Positions 26,035-39,799 of a stretch of 64,000 bases of DNA are shown here, piece by piece; position 1 is the first letter of the stretch; each line of letters starts with the position of its first letter. Made by a program: the position numbers and the translations under genes. Source of the DNA: Octopus bimaculoides (taxonomy: Eukaryota); NCBI RefSeq assembly GCF_001194135.2, contig NC_068989.1, positions 3,623,263-3,687,262 on the forward strand, written 5' to 3'. The notes under the pieces are model-generated. The model did not search any database. It had not been told where the DNA came from and saw only the letters and a program-made list of their open reading frames with translations.

Positions 26035-26125
26035 GAATCACTCACAAGACATTGGTCAGTCCAGGGTTGAAGTAGAAGAGACTTGCCCAAGGTGCCACGC
26101 AGTGGGACAGAAACCGGAACCGCGT
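26035..26125 (-). mobile_element. SINE S1 fragment
   Basis: cactcacaagacattggtcag...ttgcccaaggtgccacgcagtgggacagaaaccgg. Confidence 0.8.
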
Positions 26126-26455
26126 CAGTGCGAAGATAAGCAGTCAGCTCTGTATTCTAGTCACCGAAAATGATTTAAAACATTCATGGAAATTTGTCGG
26201 AAGGGAAAAACGACTGTTATTCTACTAGATGACGGGTTGATAGAAAACAGTCCTTCTATAAGAAATTGAATTTCTTTTCTTCCATCAAAACTTCTTATTC
26301 CTTTAACATTTTTGCTGTTTTGATTTCATTAACAAGTTCATTGGAGGAAACTAGCGATCGTTATAAATGTTTCGGATAATAAGCAGAAGCCACTTTCAGT
26401 GTCTGGTTGATTAGAAGCCATTTTCAAGTGACAGTGCCCAGCTGTGAGAGCTTAC

Positions 26456-26500
26456 GAGAAACTCTACGTGAATTCAACCGCCATGTTAGAAATGTTGACG
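26456..26500 (-). CDS. candidate 45-nt exon D, (S)STFLTWRLNSRRVS(L)
   Basis: Acceptor tttggtgcatttgtctaacag|, donor CTC|gtaagc; the only open frame is phase 1 to phase 1. Confidence 0.45.
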
Positions 26501-26589
26501 CTGTTAGACAAATGCACCAAATTTATATTAAACAGGCGAATTAATTACAAACTGGGAAGATTAAATTAGATTTAGATATCTTTACCTTT

Positions 26590-27020
26590 TATGCTTTGCT
26601 TGTTTCAGTCATTAGACTGCGGCCATGCTGGGGCGCCACCTTCAAGGATATTTAATCGAATGAATTGACTCCAGTCCTTTTCTTTTAATAAGCCTGGTAC
26701 TCATTCGATAGGTTACGGGGACGTTAATCAGCCAATGCCGGTTATCAAATGATGGTGAGGGAAAGTACACACAAAGACATCCACACGCACGCGAGCACAC
26801 ACACGCACACACACACACAAAGACACACATACGAAGAGACAAACACGCACACATGTGACGGGCTTCTTTCAGTTTCCATCAACCAAATCCACTCACAAGG
26901 CTTTGGTTGGCCCGAGGCTATAGTAGAAGACACTTGCTCAAGGTGCCACGCAGTGGGACTGAACCCGGGACCATGTGTTTGGTAAGCAAGCTACTTACTA
27001 CACAGTCATTCCTGCGCCTA
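26590..27020 (-). mobile_element. SINE S1, near full length
   Basis: All diagnostic blocks are present, from gactgcggccatgctggg to actacacagtcattcctgc. Confidence 0.9.
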
Positions 27021-27309
27021 ACTTGATGCTTTTGACTTTAATTTAACCACACTCCAGGGTTTATAACATCTCTTAAAAAAATATTTCAACTAAATCGGTC
27101 ATCTCGTCCAATAAAGTATTCCATGTCAGAAACGAAGTTATGAAACTTTCAGAATCTCTCTCCCTGCCGCACTATTTTGAATAAATCCACGTCACGTCTG
27201 AATAACTGATTTATATGGATTTGCAGAAAGCTGATACTATTTCTCTCTGATGTCGTCGCATAAATGAAACCCTCTTTAAAGGTAACATAATAAAGCTTCT
27301 TTACTTCGA

Positions 27310-27700
27310 TGTTTTCAGAGGTTTATTCGGATGGTGCAGGCGATATTAAAAACAGAATTGAAAAATTTAACTAGGTTTGGAAGGCCATTATACAGATCTC
27401 TATCTCTGCCATTTACACTATGCCAACTTGCTCTTTCAATCGCTGCCAACAACATATGGTTGTCCTCAAGAATAAATACAGGCCCTAATATTGGAAATGA
27501 AACGGTTCTCACTTTCAAGAGATCTTTTCCATTACCATATACAAACAGAAGAACCTTATGGTATTAAGTATTCAAGAAGATTCGATTCTCAGACGTTTCT
27601 TAACCTACTCTGCATGGATCTCTTTTTATAGCTTCCAAAGTTCCCCACGGTGACAACAGCTGGCTCTTTCACAACTTATAAGATTTCTTGTTTGGTTTTC
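27310..27700 (+). mobile_element. possible very old RTE-type LINE remnant
   Basis: Fragmentary translations DIKNRIEKFN*VWK and RINTGPNIGNETVL loosely recall the RTE RT C-terminus. Confidence 0.2.
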
Positions 27701-28353
27701 ATTATAAGTCTATCACGGGCAGTGTTTTACAAGCGTGTTCTTATATATATGTCAACATCTCCGATATAATTTCTCCTTTGTTAGTTTAAAAACTGCCTCT
27801 TGTTTATGCAAACAGTAGTGGAATTAAAGAGTATTTGTTTTTTGTGGTAGTTGCTAATGTTGTTGTTTTAATTAACACTTTAATCATAAGGAGTATATGT
27901 ATGTATTATGTTTGCATTATTAATATTTATATGTGCGAATGTCTACAAAAAGGTGTCTGTATATAAAGCAATAAAGAATTAACAGTTTGATTGATTATAA
28001 ACAGAGAATCACTCAACTTGATATTTGATATCGATGACCATTATGATCTCTTTAATATCAAGCATTCGACTGCACTCAATATTTGCTGAACAAACATTCA
28101 ATACGTTCTCCCAACCAGTTGTTGTTATTCGTTGACGTGTAACGAAATTGCGATCCACTGAACAACAGTATTGATATTTGTTATGTTTGTTTAGCCATTA
28201 TAAATTACATTTGTCAAATTTATTTATGAAAAACGTATATTTTTGTTTCAGATTTGCACAAAAAAAGTAATTAATTCTTTAGAATGACTACTGTATTTAT
28301 TTTTCCAGCTAGACCGTACTAATCTACGATTTCACACATCACCTCAGTTAAAC

Positions 28354-28659
28354 CAATGTTTTTCAAGTGGAGGGGGGGGGGGCTCCTGAGGGTCCGTATG
28401 GCCCTTAGAAATCCATATGGCCCTTGGGAATCCATTTGACCCTTGGGAGTCCATATAAGATTTTTTTTGTTAAAATTTATGTACAATAAACTGGTTGTAT
28501 TTCAACAATCCATAAAATATTTAAACATCTCTTTATACAATTCCAAATAATGTTTAATCATAAAACTATAATAAGAGATTTGAGAAATCGAATGACCTCT
28601 CTGAGTAAAATAGGAATTAAAGGGGACCAGAGGTCAAACAAAATGACTGAGAACCGCTG
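28354..28659. mobile_element. hAT/Charlie-like MITE with an internal ~20-bp tandem (ccatatggcccttggg..)
   Basis: Ends caatgtttttcaa and ctgagaaccgctg resemble CAGTGGTTCTCAA-type TIRs; the 8-bp flanks agree at 5/8 positions. Confidence 0.5.
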
Positions 28660-28974
28660 ATCGAAACCAAACTGATCCTAACTAAATAAACCTCTTCAGC
28701 CGTGTCTAACTGAGCCACGATTCCACTTGTTGCTTCTTTTGAGTCGCTCACACATAATAAACGACTCAGATACAGGTTATAATAGTTAACCACTTTATTG
28801 TTACTATTGACTAATAGTCAATAAACTATTAATGACTTCATTTCGTTTCCGAGAATTCCTTCATTAAACATCTCTGGCTTACTCAACGACTTCATTTACC
28901 ATTCTACAGTCAAATCCTTAAGAGACTGCAGTTACGCGACGAATATCAAATTAATCTACAAACAATTAATCAAC

Positions 28975-29190
28975 TGGCTTCAAATTTTGGCAAAAAGGCC
29001 AGAAATATCGAAGGGTAGGTAAGTTGATTACATCAACCCCACGCACACACATACATCCATACACACACCCATACACACACACGCACATACACACACCTAC
29101 ACACACACGAATAACACATTTATCGCAGATTCGGTCTATTGAATTCATTCACAAACCATTGGTCGGCCTGGGGCTATAATATAAGACACT
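28975..29190 (-). mobile_element. S2 tail fragment followed by an S1 middle fragment
   Basis: aaattttggcaaaaaggcc...gattacatcaacccca, then attcacaaaccattggtcggcctgggctataatataagacacttg. Confidence 0.7.
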
Positions 29191-29295
29191 TGACACCTCG
29201 ATTGGATTTTTACGACATCTGAGGTTCCGCCCGCTATGAAACATATGTAGCCCGGCCGGATCTTATCCACTCCATTCCGTAACACTCTTGTATAT

Positions 29296-29340
<45 letters not shown>

Positions 29341-29989
29341 NNNNNNNNNNNNNNNNNNNNNNNNNNNNNNNNNNNNNNNNNNNNNNNNNNNNNNNNNNNN
29401 NNNNNNNNNNNNNNNNNNNNNNNNNNNNNNNNNNNNNNNNNNNNNNNNNNNNNNNNNNTATATATATATATATCTTGAAGAAGCTCATAAAAGAAAATCA
29501 GACACAGGAAATATTTTTAATTAAAATGGAATTAATATTTTCAAGTATCCAAGAGAAGAAAAGTTTGTTTCTTGGCTTAAAAATTCTAAGTTTTTATCTA
29601 CCAACAGACATTTGCTAATGTTCCTCTCTTGAATAATTCTCTTCAAGAATATCTAACAGAATAATACAAATTAATTTTCCATTTTCTAGTAGTTTGCCTT
29701 CTTTCATCATCAAATAACCAACAAATGATGAGAGAGAATTTGCCTTCTTTTATATTGAAGTAGAGTAATGAAATGTTATGTCTTTTAATGTAAACTCTTA
29801 TTGGTGTTTCGTAACAGGTGTTACAAGTGTTTTTGTTTCATTAACAGACGTCTCAATCGTAAATCGCTTAAAACCATTTGCGATTTTTTCTATGATTAGC
29901 AGAAAGAAACATTTTCCAAAACAAAGAACGAAAGAAAAGAAAACGTAACTTATCTGGTATAATATATGATTGAAATCTCTTCTACAGGT

Positions 29990-30115
29990 GAGGATGCGTG
30001 GCCTGTTACATAGGATGGTGTTCTTGCAATTGTGATTTCGATTCCAGAACTGGGTGGTTCGTTGCGTTCTTGATTAAGACACTTCATTTCACCACGTTGC
30101 TCCAGTTGCTCCCAC
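29990..30115 (+). mobile_element. SINE S3/S4 5' fragment
   Basis: gcgtggcctg...gatttcgattcc...ttgcgttcttgattaagacacttcatttcaccacgttgctccag. Confidence 0.7.
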
Positions 30116-30244
30116 AAATCTGCTTTGTCACCATCTCGTCAAGTGATACTAACACTAGATATGTGCATTAGATATCCACCAGTGTTAGATATCCGCATGA
30201 AATTCCCTCATTAGATAATCTGATATTCTTGTATCGTTTCCTTG

Positions 30245-30630
30245 ACATGCTTCAGTGATTAGATTGCGGCCATTCTGGGGTACCCACGTGAAGAAGTTTT
30301 AGCCGAATGGATTCGACACCAGCGCTTAGTACTTTTCTAAAGCCTGGTACATAATCTATCGATCGCTTTTGCCGAACCGTTAGATTATAGGAGGATGTAA
30401 ACACACCAATAAACCGGTGATCACACACACACAGACACACACAGAGACACACACACAGAAGCATATATGTATAGAAGGAGCTTCTTTCAATTTCCATCTA
30501 CCAAATCCACACAAGGCTTTGGTCGACCCAAGGCTATAGAAGACACTTGCCCAAGATGCCATGCGATGGGACTGAACCCAGAACCATGCGGTTGGGAAAC
30601 AAGCATCTTAACACAAAGCCACACCTACAG
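30245..30630 (-). mobile_element. SINE S1, near full length
   Basis: Diagnostic S1 blocks. Confidence 0.9.
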
Positions 30631-30789
30631 CATACGCCTTTGCGAACCATACGCACCAGATAGCCGCATCAGTTTCTAAATAATTATACATTACCAAACT
30701 CAACCGGGAATTCTCTCTTTACCTTGGTTTACCCTTCTTCATACCATTTCGCCCAAATGCCACCATATAACTCTTCTTGTTGCACTTAC

Positions 30790-30848
30790 ATTCTACGAAG
30801 GCAAGGGAAGTGTATGGCTGCTCAGGACATTGATTTTGGTTGCAAGAA
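30790..30848 (-). CDS. candidate 59-nt exon C, (S)SCNQNQCPEQPYTSLAFVE(S)
   Basis: Acceptor cacttttaatttattccaag|, donor AAT|gtaagt; the only open frame is phase 2 to phase 1. Confidence 0.45.
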
Positions 30849-31046
30849 CTTGGAATAAATTAAAAGTGAATTTATTAAATAAAGTAACCGTTATTACAAT
30901 AAAGAATAAATTATTGATGTATAAATATTGGAATGTAAACACAAAAATCATATTCCATATTCATCTCTGTTTTAACTTTCCTTCCAACCTGCCCGTCTCT
31001 TTGAATACTAGTCTGTTTAGCTCTCATCCTCTCTGTTCATATATGC

Positions 31047-31139
<93 letters not shown>

Positions 31140-31149
31140 GCACTCTCTC

Positions 31150-31206
<57 letters not shown>

Positions 31207-31355
31207 GTATAAATATATACGTATATATACATACACATATACACATCTATACTTATATATATACAAATCTATACTTATATTTATGCAAATATACATGCAT
31301 GTGTATGTATATATAGAGATATATATCACACATTTATATATGGTATATTTATATA

Positions 31356-31403
<48 letters not shown>

Positions 31404-31996
31404 NNNNNNNNNNNNNNNNNNNNNNNNNNNNNNNNNNNNNNNNNNNNNNNNNNNNNNNNNNNNNNNNNNNNNNNNNNNNNNNNNNNNNNNNNNNNNNNNN
31501 NNNNNNNNNNNNNNNNNNNNNNNNNNNNNNNNNNNNNNNNNNNNNNNNNNNNNNNNNNNNNNNNNNNNNNNNNNNNNNNNNNNNNNNNNNNNNNNNNNNN
31601 NNNNNNNNNNNNNNNNNNNNNNNNNNNNNNNNNNNNNNNNNNNNNNNNNNNNNNNNNNNNNNNNNNNNNNNNNNNNNNNNNNNNNNNNNNNNNNNNNNNN
31701 NNNNNNNNNNNNNNNNNNNNNNNNNNNNNNNNNNNNNNNNNNNNNNNNNNNNNNNNNNNNNNNNNNNNNNNNNNNNNNNNNNNNNNNNNNNNNNNNNNNN
31801 NNNNNNNNNNNNNNNNNNNNNNNNNNNNNNNNNNNNNNNNNNNNNNNNNNNNNNNNNNNNNNNNNNNNNNNNNNNNNNNNNNNNNNNNNNNNNNNNNNNN
31901 ATATATATATATATATATATAATACAAAATATATATGCATGTTTACACACATATATGTATATACTTTCATCTACATGTGTGTATAGATGCATATCA

Positions 31997-32106
31997 GGGT
32001 ACAGGACGTTAGAACAATGAACTACAGACAACGGAACGAACACATAGGAAAACAAAAAGCCACTTGCAATTATTCATCAGCTGCCTCTATTCTAACTCGA
32101 CGTTTC
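31997..32106 (-). mobile_element. Penelope-like terminus vestige related to the 10251-10476 element
   Basis: Minus strand reads GAAACGTC...CTGATGAA...acgtcctgtaccc, with the same 13-bp terminus as the 10.3 kb palindrome. Confidence 0.5.
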
Positions 32107-32824
32107 ATATATGTATATATATGTATATGCACATAAATATATGTATATGTATATATATGTATATATGTGTATATGTGTATATATATATACATATCTGTAT
32201 ATATATATATATATAGGTGTCATACTAATATATACTTTTGTTATTTACACCACCTGTCCTCGTCTGTTGTTATTTTTTGTATATTCTCCCATATATATAT
32301 ATATATCTGTATNNNNNNNNNNNNNNNNNNNNNNNNNNNNNNNNNNNNNNNNNNNNNNNNNNNNNNNNNNNNNNNNNNNNNNNNNNNNNNNNNNNNNNNN
32401 NNNNNNNNNNNNNNNNNNNNNTATATATATATATATATATATATGCACATATATATATGTATATGATAGATACATATGTACCTATATTTGATACATTCAT
32501 ACGCTAATACACACCTATATATTTCGAAATGGCGATCGGATGAAAAAAAACAAAACAAAAAAACTAGGGAATAGCAGAAAGAGAAAAATGAAGCGCGATA
32601 AGTAGAGGCGAAGAGAAAACAAAAGGGAAAGTGTAGGGGACAGATTGCAAAGCTTGGCAGGGCAGAAAATAGCAAATTTTGTAATTTTTAGTCCCAAACA
32701 CATCTAAATCTCCAGAACTTCTCGGTACATTTTATTATGGCTGATCTCCAAACATAGAGCATATATTTGAATCCATAGTCATTAAAGTTTGTTGTTTACA
32801 CTTGGTCTGTTCGAAGCCGAAATG

Positions 32825-32927
32825 GTGATGTAGAACAAGCAACAACCCATCAGTGGCTGAGAACCTCAGGACTGAAAGCAGAGATTGCGGGTTTCATATT
32901 AGCGGCACAAGATTAAAGCTTACTTAT

Positions 32928-32979
<52 letters not shown>

Positions 32980-33733
32980 GACGTTCTTCAAAACGGCTCT
33001 GTCCCTAAATGCAGCTTCTGCAGTAAATTTGATGAAGCAATAGACCATCTCATCTCGGGATGTCCTGTGCTGACACCAGACGAATACAAAAATCTCCACG
33101 ATAGGGTAGGACAGTATTTACATTGGAAAATATGTAAACACTGCAAAATCAGTACTCCTGCTTCCTGGTATGAACATCATCCTGAGCCAGTCGTTGAAGG
33201 TAAAAATGTCACAATTCTCTGAGATTTTCGACTCAACACCGACAGAACGATCCAGGCTAATCGACCAGGTATAATTATTAAAAACTGGGAAGAAAATAAT
33301 ATTTGTAGACTAATAGATGTAAGTGTTTCTACTGATGAAAATATATCCCTAAAGGAATTTGAAAAATTAAGTAAATATAGGGACCTAGAAATTGAAATAC
33401 AAAAGATGTGGCATCTTAAAGCGAGAACCGTTCCTGTTACTGTGGGACTTTAGGCATAATAAGAAAAGAATGTCAGAAAAATCTAGATAATATCCCAGGA
33501 GAACCATGTCTCAGAGAAATCCAAAAGATTATACTGGCAAATAATACCCACATCCTTACAAAAACTATCGATTTAATTGTATGTGTTGTATTACATAAAG
33601 ATATTTCGCTACTGCCCCTGCCACTTCCCCTCACTAAACTTTCAGTCATACTGTAACATTTCTTCTTCTTCACTCGCCTTAGGACGCTGGGTGTGTCTCC
33701 ATAAGTGACTGTAACAAGCATACAGATTAAAAA
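32825..33733 (+). mobile_element. 5'-truncated R4/Dong-clade LINE (CCHC knuckle, restriction-like endonuclease, 3' UTR), subfamily A
   Basis: HQWLRTSGLKAE..GFILAAQD; CSFC..DEAIDHLISGC; LHDRV; ANRP; LIDV; EKLSKYRDLEIEIQKMW; contains stops; followed by (AAT)n. Confidence 0.9.
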
Positions 33734-33735
33734 TA

Positions 33736-33773
<38 letters not shown>

Positions 33774-33819
33774 TGATGATGATGATGATGATGATGATAA
33801 CAATAATGTAACAATTGTT

Positions 33820-34030
33820 TCGGACTTTCCAGTACATAGAGAACCATCAAAGATAATAAACCAGATAATGTTGTGAAAGACTAAAACAATAAAGCCTGTT
33901 TATTGATCGACTTGTGTATTTGTTTTGATCATTCTAACTCAGCAAAAGAATTTGACAAGCTCAGAAAATATAAAGACATCTTCATTGAAATCGAGAAAAG
34001 GTGGCATCCCAAAGCGTTTACGATGCCAGA
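33820..34030 (+). mobile_element. second R4/Dong endonuclease fragment
   Basis: NKPDNVVKD*NNKACLLIDL...KEFDKLRKYKDIFIEIEKRW. Confidence 0.85.
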
Positions 34031-34074
34031 GAAGAAGAAAAAAAATCATAATAGTAATAATGATGATAATCTTT

Positions 34075-34261
34075 TCTCTTAGACAAAAACCCTGAGATTT
34101 TGAGAGAGGGGGCTGGTCGTTTACATCGACCGAAGTGCTTAGTTCATGCTCATTTTATAGACCCCCATGAGGACAAATGTCAATGTCGACTTCGGCGGAA
34201 TTTGATCTCGTAAAGTAAAGGACAAGATGCCGCTAAGCATTTTCACCGTGTGCTCAACACC

Positions 34262-34262
<1 letters not shown>
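34075..34262 (-). mobile_element. SINE S2, near full length
   Basis: gtcgacttcggcggaatttgatctc...gctaagcattttcaccgtgtgc, then (AAT)n. Confidence 0.85.
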
Positions 34263-34317
<55 letters not shown>

Positions 34318-34415
34318 CCTGTCTACAAAAGGCATAGAGCCTGGAATTTGGGGTGGGGGAGGAGACTAGTCGATTATATCAACCCCAGTATTTCACTGGT
34401 ACTTAATTTATCGAC
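34318..34415 (-). mobile_element. SINE S2, 3' part
   Basis: cctgtctacaaaaggcatagagcctggaatttgggg...agtcgattatatcaaccccagta...actggtacttaatttatcgac. Confidence 0.85.
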
Positions 34416-34429
34416 AGATGCAGGATTAC

Positions 34430-34800
34430 TCTGAACACAAAAGTCACGGGCCCTTTTCCAAATGTTGCTCTCCAATCTACAGGCGCATACTTAGAGCAGG
34501 TCCATCCACCCAAACCATTTTCGTCACAGTCACCCGTTTTCCGTGCACTTCTGCGCCTGTAGAGCTTATCTCGAATTCGCAGTGCTTCTCGACGGCACTG
34601 TTAGGCCAGGGATTTCTGGGCAGGCCATGGCAATACTAAGCTCGTGGCTCCCCCATAACAAGCCAGCTAGTTAATCCTTATCGACGCTTAGAGTTTCCCT
34701 AGGAATATCATCTCTTTTACCCACCACGAGATATTTATATATCGCTACCATAGATCTTCCACTGACTGCAATGTCCGACTGCATGGAGGACAGTTAGCGC
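34430..34800 (-). mobile_element. L1/Tx1 remnant (zf-RVT region)
   Basis: GRSMVAIYKYLVVGKRDD...QKSLA*QCRREALRIRDKLYRR parallels the 4.8-5.0 kb copy. Confidence 0.8.
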
Positions 34801-34854
34801 AATGATCATTTTTATTGTACGCATCTCTATCATGAGGCGTGGAATTTTGGTGGC

Positions 34855-35010
34855 GGTAATTAGTCGATTACATCGATCCCAGTGTACAACTGGTACGTGT
34901 TTTCTCGTTCCCGAAAGAATGAAAAGCAGAATCGGACACGGTGGAATTTCAACTTGGGACGTAAAGAGCAAGAAGAAATGCCGTTCAGTATTGTGTCTGA
35001 CTTGCTAATA
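34855..35010 (-). mobile_element. SINE S2, diverged
   Basis: agtcgattacatcgatcccagtgtacaactggtac...cccgaaagaatgaaaagcag. Confidence 0.75.
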
Positions 35011-35075
35011 ATTCTCCTTTCTGGCAACACACATGCATATGTATGTGTACATATATGTCTATGTGCATTCATATA

Positions 35076-35124
<49 letters not shown>

Positions 35125-35502
35125 ATGTATGTCAACTTCTATACTTGTTTAAATAAATACAATATCATGTATATACATGTAGATACACATACACATATTA
35201 GACGACGCACTTATACTTAAAGTTATATCATATATAACTATATCTATATCTATATGTATAAAAATACATATACGTACATTCATAAGTACATACGTACATA
35301 CAAACAAACATACACACACGCGTATATATATATATATACATATATATAGGCAAGTAATTTGCGTACATAGTATATATATATATATATATATGTATGTATA
35401 TATAAATGTATGCATGTAATTATATATTCGTTTGAGATAAACATCACTCAAACTCATTGATATACATACATACATACTTGTATATATGTGTGTATAAATG
35501 TA

Positions 35503-35541
<39 letters not shown>

Positions 35542-35690
35542 ATGTGTCTGTGTACGTAGGTATGTGCGTCTAAGTTGAACCGAAAGAATCCAATAACTTT
35601 TGGAAACGATAACAACACATGCTAAAAACAATTATAGCTGAATATTTCATGTGTTTCAAACACAGACAATAACAAAGATTATATAAAAGG

Positions 35691-35771
<81 letters not shown>

Positions 35772-36390
35772 CACTGGCAAGCAGACTCATACCTAATTGC
35801 AAGACACATACGCGTTCACAACATATACTCACACATATATACGGCTCATACACCCACACATATTTGCCACAGATAAACACATTCTCTCACACACACACAC
35901 AAAGTCTAAATCTAATTCAAAAACAACAAAAAACCCCGAAAAATAAAAATAAAAAGAACACATCGATAAAACAACCAGCCATAATAAAACGCAAAATCAT
36001 TTATTTTTCTTTTTCTGATAAAGAGACTCAATGAAGATATCTTTCATATTTTATCGTCTCTTTTGCATCGTTTCCCGTTTTTGTTTTGGCTTTCTTTTGT
36101 CTATTTTTTTTCCTTTTTAGTTGAATAAATAAATGCATAAAAAGCAAACGAAACATATTTAAAAGAGTAAGATACATATAAAAATATAAAACATAAATAT
36201 ATAAATATATACATACAAAATATAACAGTAAAGAAACGGAAAAAAATGGAAAACAAGACGGCCAATTATTTCTTGTCTGTTCTGAAATAAACGTGAAACA
36301 TAAGCGATTGTAGATGGTCTTAGTTATCTTGCAACAGTTTGTGATTTTTCTTCCACTAACTAACATATTTCCACTTACCACCATCACCTC

Positions 36391-36481
<91 letters not shown>

Positions 36482-36613
36482 TATTATTCATGACATTCTT
36501 CTATAGAAGTTTTAAGACCAGTTAAACATAGATTATTACATTTTTTTTCTCATTTGTCTTTTTTTTTTGTTTTTCATCTCTCAGCTATTTGCTCTTCGGT
36601 CGATTGATAGTTT

Positions 36614-36692
<79 letters not shown>

Positions 36693-37169
36693 TATATTGG
36701 TATTTCTTCTACGTCCTCACCATATCCAAAAATCAACTTCAAATTCAGTTATATTAATAACCTTTGAATTTGTAACGTTTTTTTCTTCTTCTTACTCTTA
36801 TGATGAAACACACACACANNNNNNNNNNNNNNNNNNNNNNNNNNNNNNNNNNNNNNNNNNNNNNNNNNNNNNNNNNNNNNNNNNNNNNNNNNNNNNNNNN
36901 NNNNNNNNNNNNNNNNNNNNNNNNNNNNNNNNNNNNNNNNNNNNNNNNNNNNNNNNNNNNNNNNNNNNNNNNNNNNNNNNNNNNNNNNNNNNNNNNNNNN
37001 NNNNNNNNNNNNNNNNNNNNNNNNNNNNNNNNNNNNNNNNNNNNNNNNNNNNNNNNNNNNNNNNNNNNNNNNNNNNNNNNNNNNNNNNNNNNNNNNNNNN
37101 NNNNNNNNNNNNNNNNNNNNNNNNNNNNNNNNNNNNNNNNNNNNNNNNNNNNNNNNNNNNNNNNNNNNN

Positions 37170-37321
37170 GAATCAACCTCAGTACTGTTGTTTTAGAAGC
37201 CTGGCTCTTATTTTATCGGTTTTTATTTCGAACTGCTCAGTAACGGGGACGTAAACAAACCAACACCGGTTAAGCAGTTGTGGGGGACAAACACAGACAC
37301 AAAAGCACACGCACACACACG

Positions 37322-37354
<33 letters not shown>

Positions 37355-37530
37355 GTATATATGAATGTACGAATGGCTTCTTTCAGTTTCCGCCTACCAA
37401 ATCCACTTATAAGGCCTTGCCCAGCCCGTGGATCTAAAAAAATATACTTGCCCATGGTACCAGACAGTGGGACTGAACTCGGATCCATGTGGTTGGGGAG
37501 CAAACTTCTTTCCACATAGCCAAGCCTGCT
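37170..37530 (-). mobile_element. SINE S1 (3' end lost in a gap)
   Basis: Diagnostic S1 blocks. Confidence 0.9.
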
Positions 37531-37659
37531 CTGTGCCAAAACTAGAAGGAATTACGTGCCAGTGTCAGTAGTGCCGGAGTAAATGTCTTCGGTTGTGACT
37601 TCTGGTCTTTTAACTTGCGTTGAACTCTTGCCTAGGTCACCCTTGCTCTAGGTTCTTTT

Positions 37660-38095
37660 GGGTCGACCCCATCGCCTTAAAATTCCTGGCGTTGTGCCTA
37701 AATTAGAAGCGAATGGTTGTGGATTAGAAGAGTCGATAGAGCACCGGAATGTTTCATTTGAAAAGAAAAGTGAAGAGAGGAACAGCCTCACAGCTAATTT
37801 GTTGACAGATAGGTAAGAGTGGTGAGCATGGTCCGAGTGAAAGAGCTCTGAGCATACGCCTAAAAATGGAAGGAGAACAACAAGGAAAACATTCTTGCGT
37901 TTGTGTTCAGAGTAGCCATGTTTTGTGCGGTTTCCACAAGTAACCATCAGGTATCTCTCTCCTTTGGCTAATTATTCATCGGCAAATTTTACTGTTTCTG
38001 TTACTTTTTCTGTTTACACTCTCATGTAATCCCAGATTGTATCGTCCGGTACTGTCCCTGATCCTTTTGTAAACCCTTGGTGGTTAATAAAGAAA
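37660..38095 (+). mobile_element. L1/Tx1 3' remnant
   Basis: NGCGLEESIEH, FHLKRKVKR, VVSMVRVKE; ends AATAAAGAAAT followed by a microsatellite, like the 5.7 kb copy. Confidence 0.7.
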
Positions 38096-39799
38096 TCCTC
38101 ATCCTCATTATTGTTGTTGTTGTTGCTGTGTACAGAATTAGTTTTCAATAACTTTTGATGTGTATTTTGTTTCGAAGGCGATCGAAAGCTGAAGGAAGTA
38201 GCAATTCTCTTATCGCTCCATGCCAAGTACCGAAGCCATTTTGTGTTTTTTGCTTGAAAATTACCCGTAAGATGTTAACTAGGAATCATTGCGTTAAATG
38301 TAACAACGTGAAGGAAAGAGAAGAGGGCGACAGAAAATAGGAGGGGGAACAAGGGGAAAGGGATAAAAAATTGTTTCTCACTCTCATAGGAAAAGACAAT
38401 CCCGTTTTAAGTTAGAAACAACAGCACAACTGCCGTCGACACCGTTCAGATTAGAAGTATTTGTTGTGGCAACAAGAAAAACAAGAACAACAACTAAGAC
38501 AGCAATAGCAACAAACATCGACAACAACAACAATAACAACAACCCCATCATCATTAACACTGTCACGGCAAATAGGAACATGACTATCGATTTTGGAAGT
38601 CGTGGGGCAAGAAAAAAAAAGACGTCTATTTCCGATACATTAGCTGACACTACCATCACCACCACCGCCGCCGCCACTACCATCATCATTATCATCATCA
38701 TCATCCTTACCACAGCCACCACCNNNNNNNNNNCACCTCCACCACCACCTCCACCACCACCTCCATCACCACCACCGCCACCGCCGCCGTCACATCCACC
38801 ACCACCACCAGAATCATCACTACTACAGTGACTATGGAAGCCAGTAGCGACCAGAGCGTAATGATCCCTATGGCTCGAACAACCATTATCGCTTATTGCA
38901 CTGTATCCCCAGGCGCCGCCTGCAGCAATAGCAATAGTAATAAGGAGAATAACAACAACAATGATGCCACAATTCATGGCACATTTTTGTTGTTGTTTTT
39001 TTGTCAGAGTTAGCTGGGGATTTGACTGGTTACCGTTGGCAAAACTGAAGGAGGCAAGAAATGTTGTTCAATTAGAAAAGCAGAACGGCAGAAAATCTTC
39101 CCGGATAGTATGGAACCCATGGAAAGAAAGATCGTAACACCACTGTCACAAAATGCCTTTCCTAATATTGGAGTTTTCGAGTGATGCACTCTGCCGGCTA
39201 TATTGATGTATACATATGTATACATAAATACACACACACCCATGTATGTATGTATGTATGTATGTATGTATGTATGTATGTATGTATGTATGTATGTATG
39301 TATGTATGTCTGCGTGTGTGTGTGTGTGTGTGTGTTTGCGTCTGAACAAAGTCTGTAGTGACGTAATTTTCAATTCCGCATCAGATGATATTGAACAGCA
39401 AAAAATGATTCATCTAAAAAAAGTAGTCTTTACCAAGAGTCACATCACTAGCGTTTACGAGCGAGGATTTCAACGTGATTATCATCTCCATGGGTCAGTG
39501 AGAAAAGAAGGCAAAGGTAAGAAGCCGGTCGTTTAAAAGCGACAAATGTTAGCTGGCGATATGTATTATACTGAAGGCTCAGGCCATGAAACACGACATG
39601 AAGAGATTGGACCAAGAAAACTGGCCATGAATTAGCCAGAAATCTCTGATTCATAGTGAACGATGAAATGTAAAAAAGGTACCCCCGACAACATAGAGCA
39701 ATTAAATGGAATTCAAGTTTACATCATGGTGAAAACAGATAGCATAGATGCTATGTATGTGGCAACACTAACTATCTGAGAGCCTTCTCTTCTCAACAG

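Noticed and set aside
37555-37660. Ser/Thr-rich minus-strand frame SKGDLGKSSTQVKRPEVTTEDIYSG
   Set aside because: No polypyrimidine acceptor, and it abuts a Tx1 remnant on the other strand.
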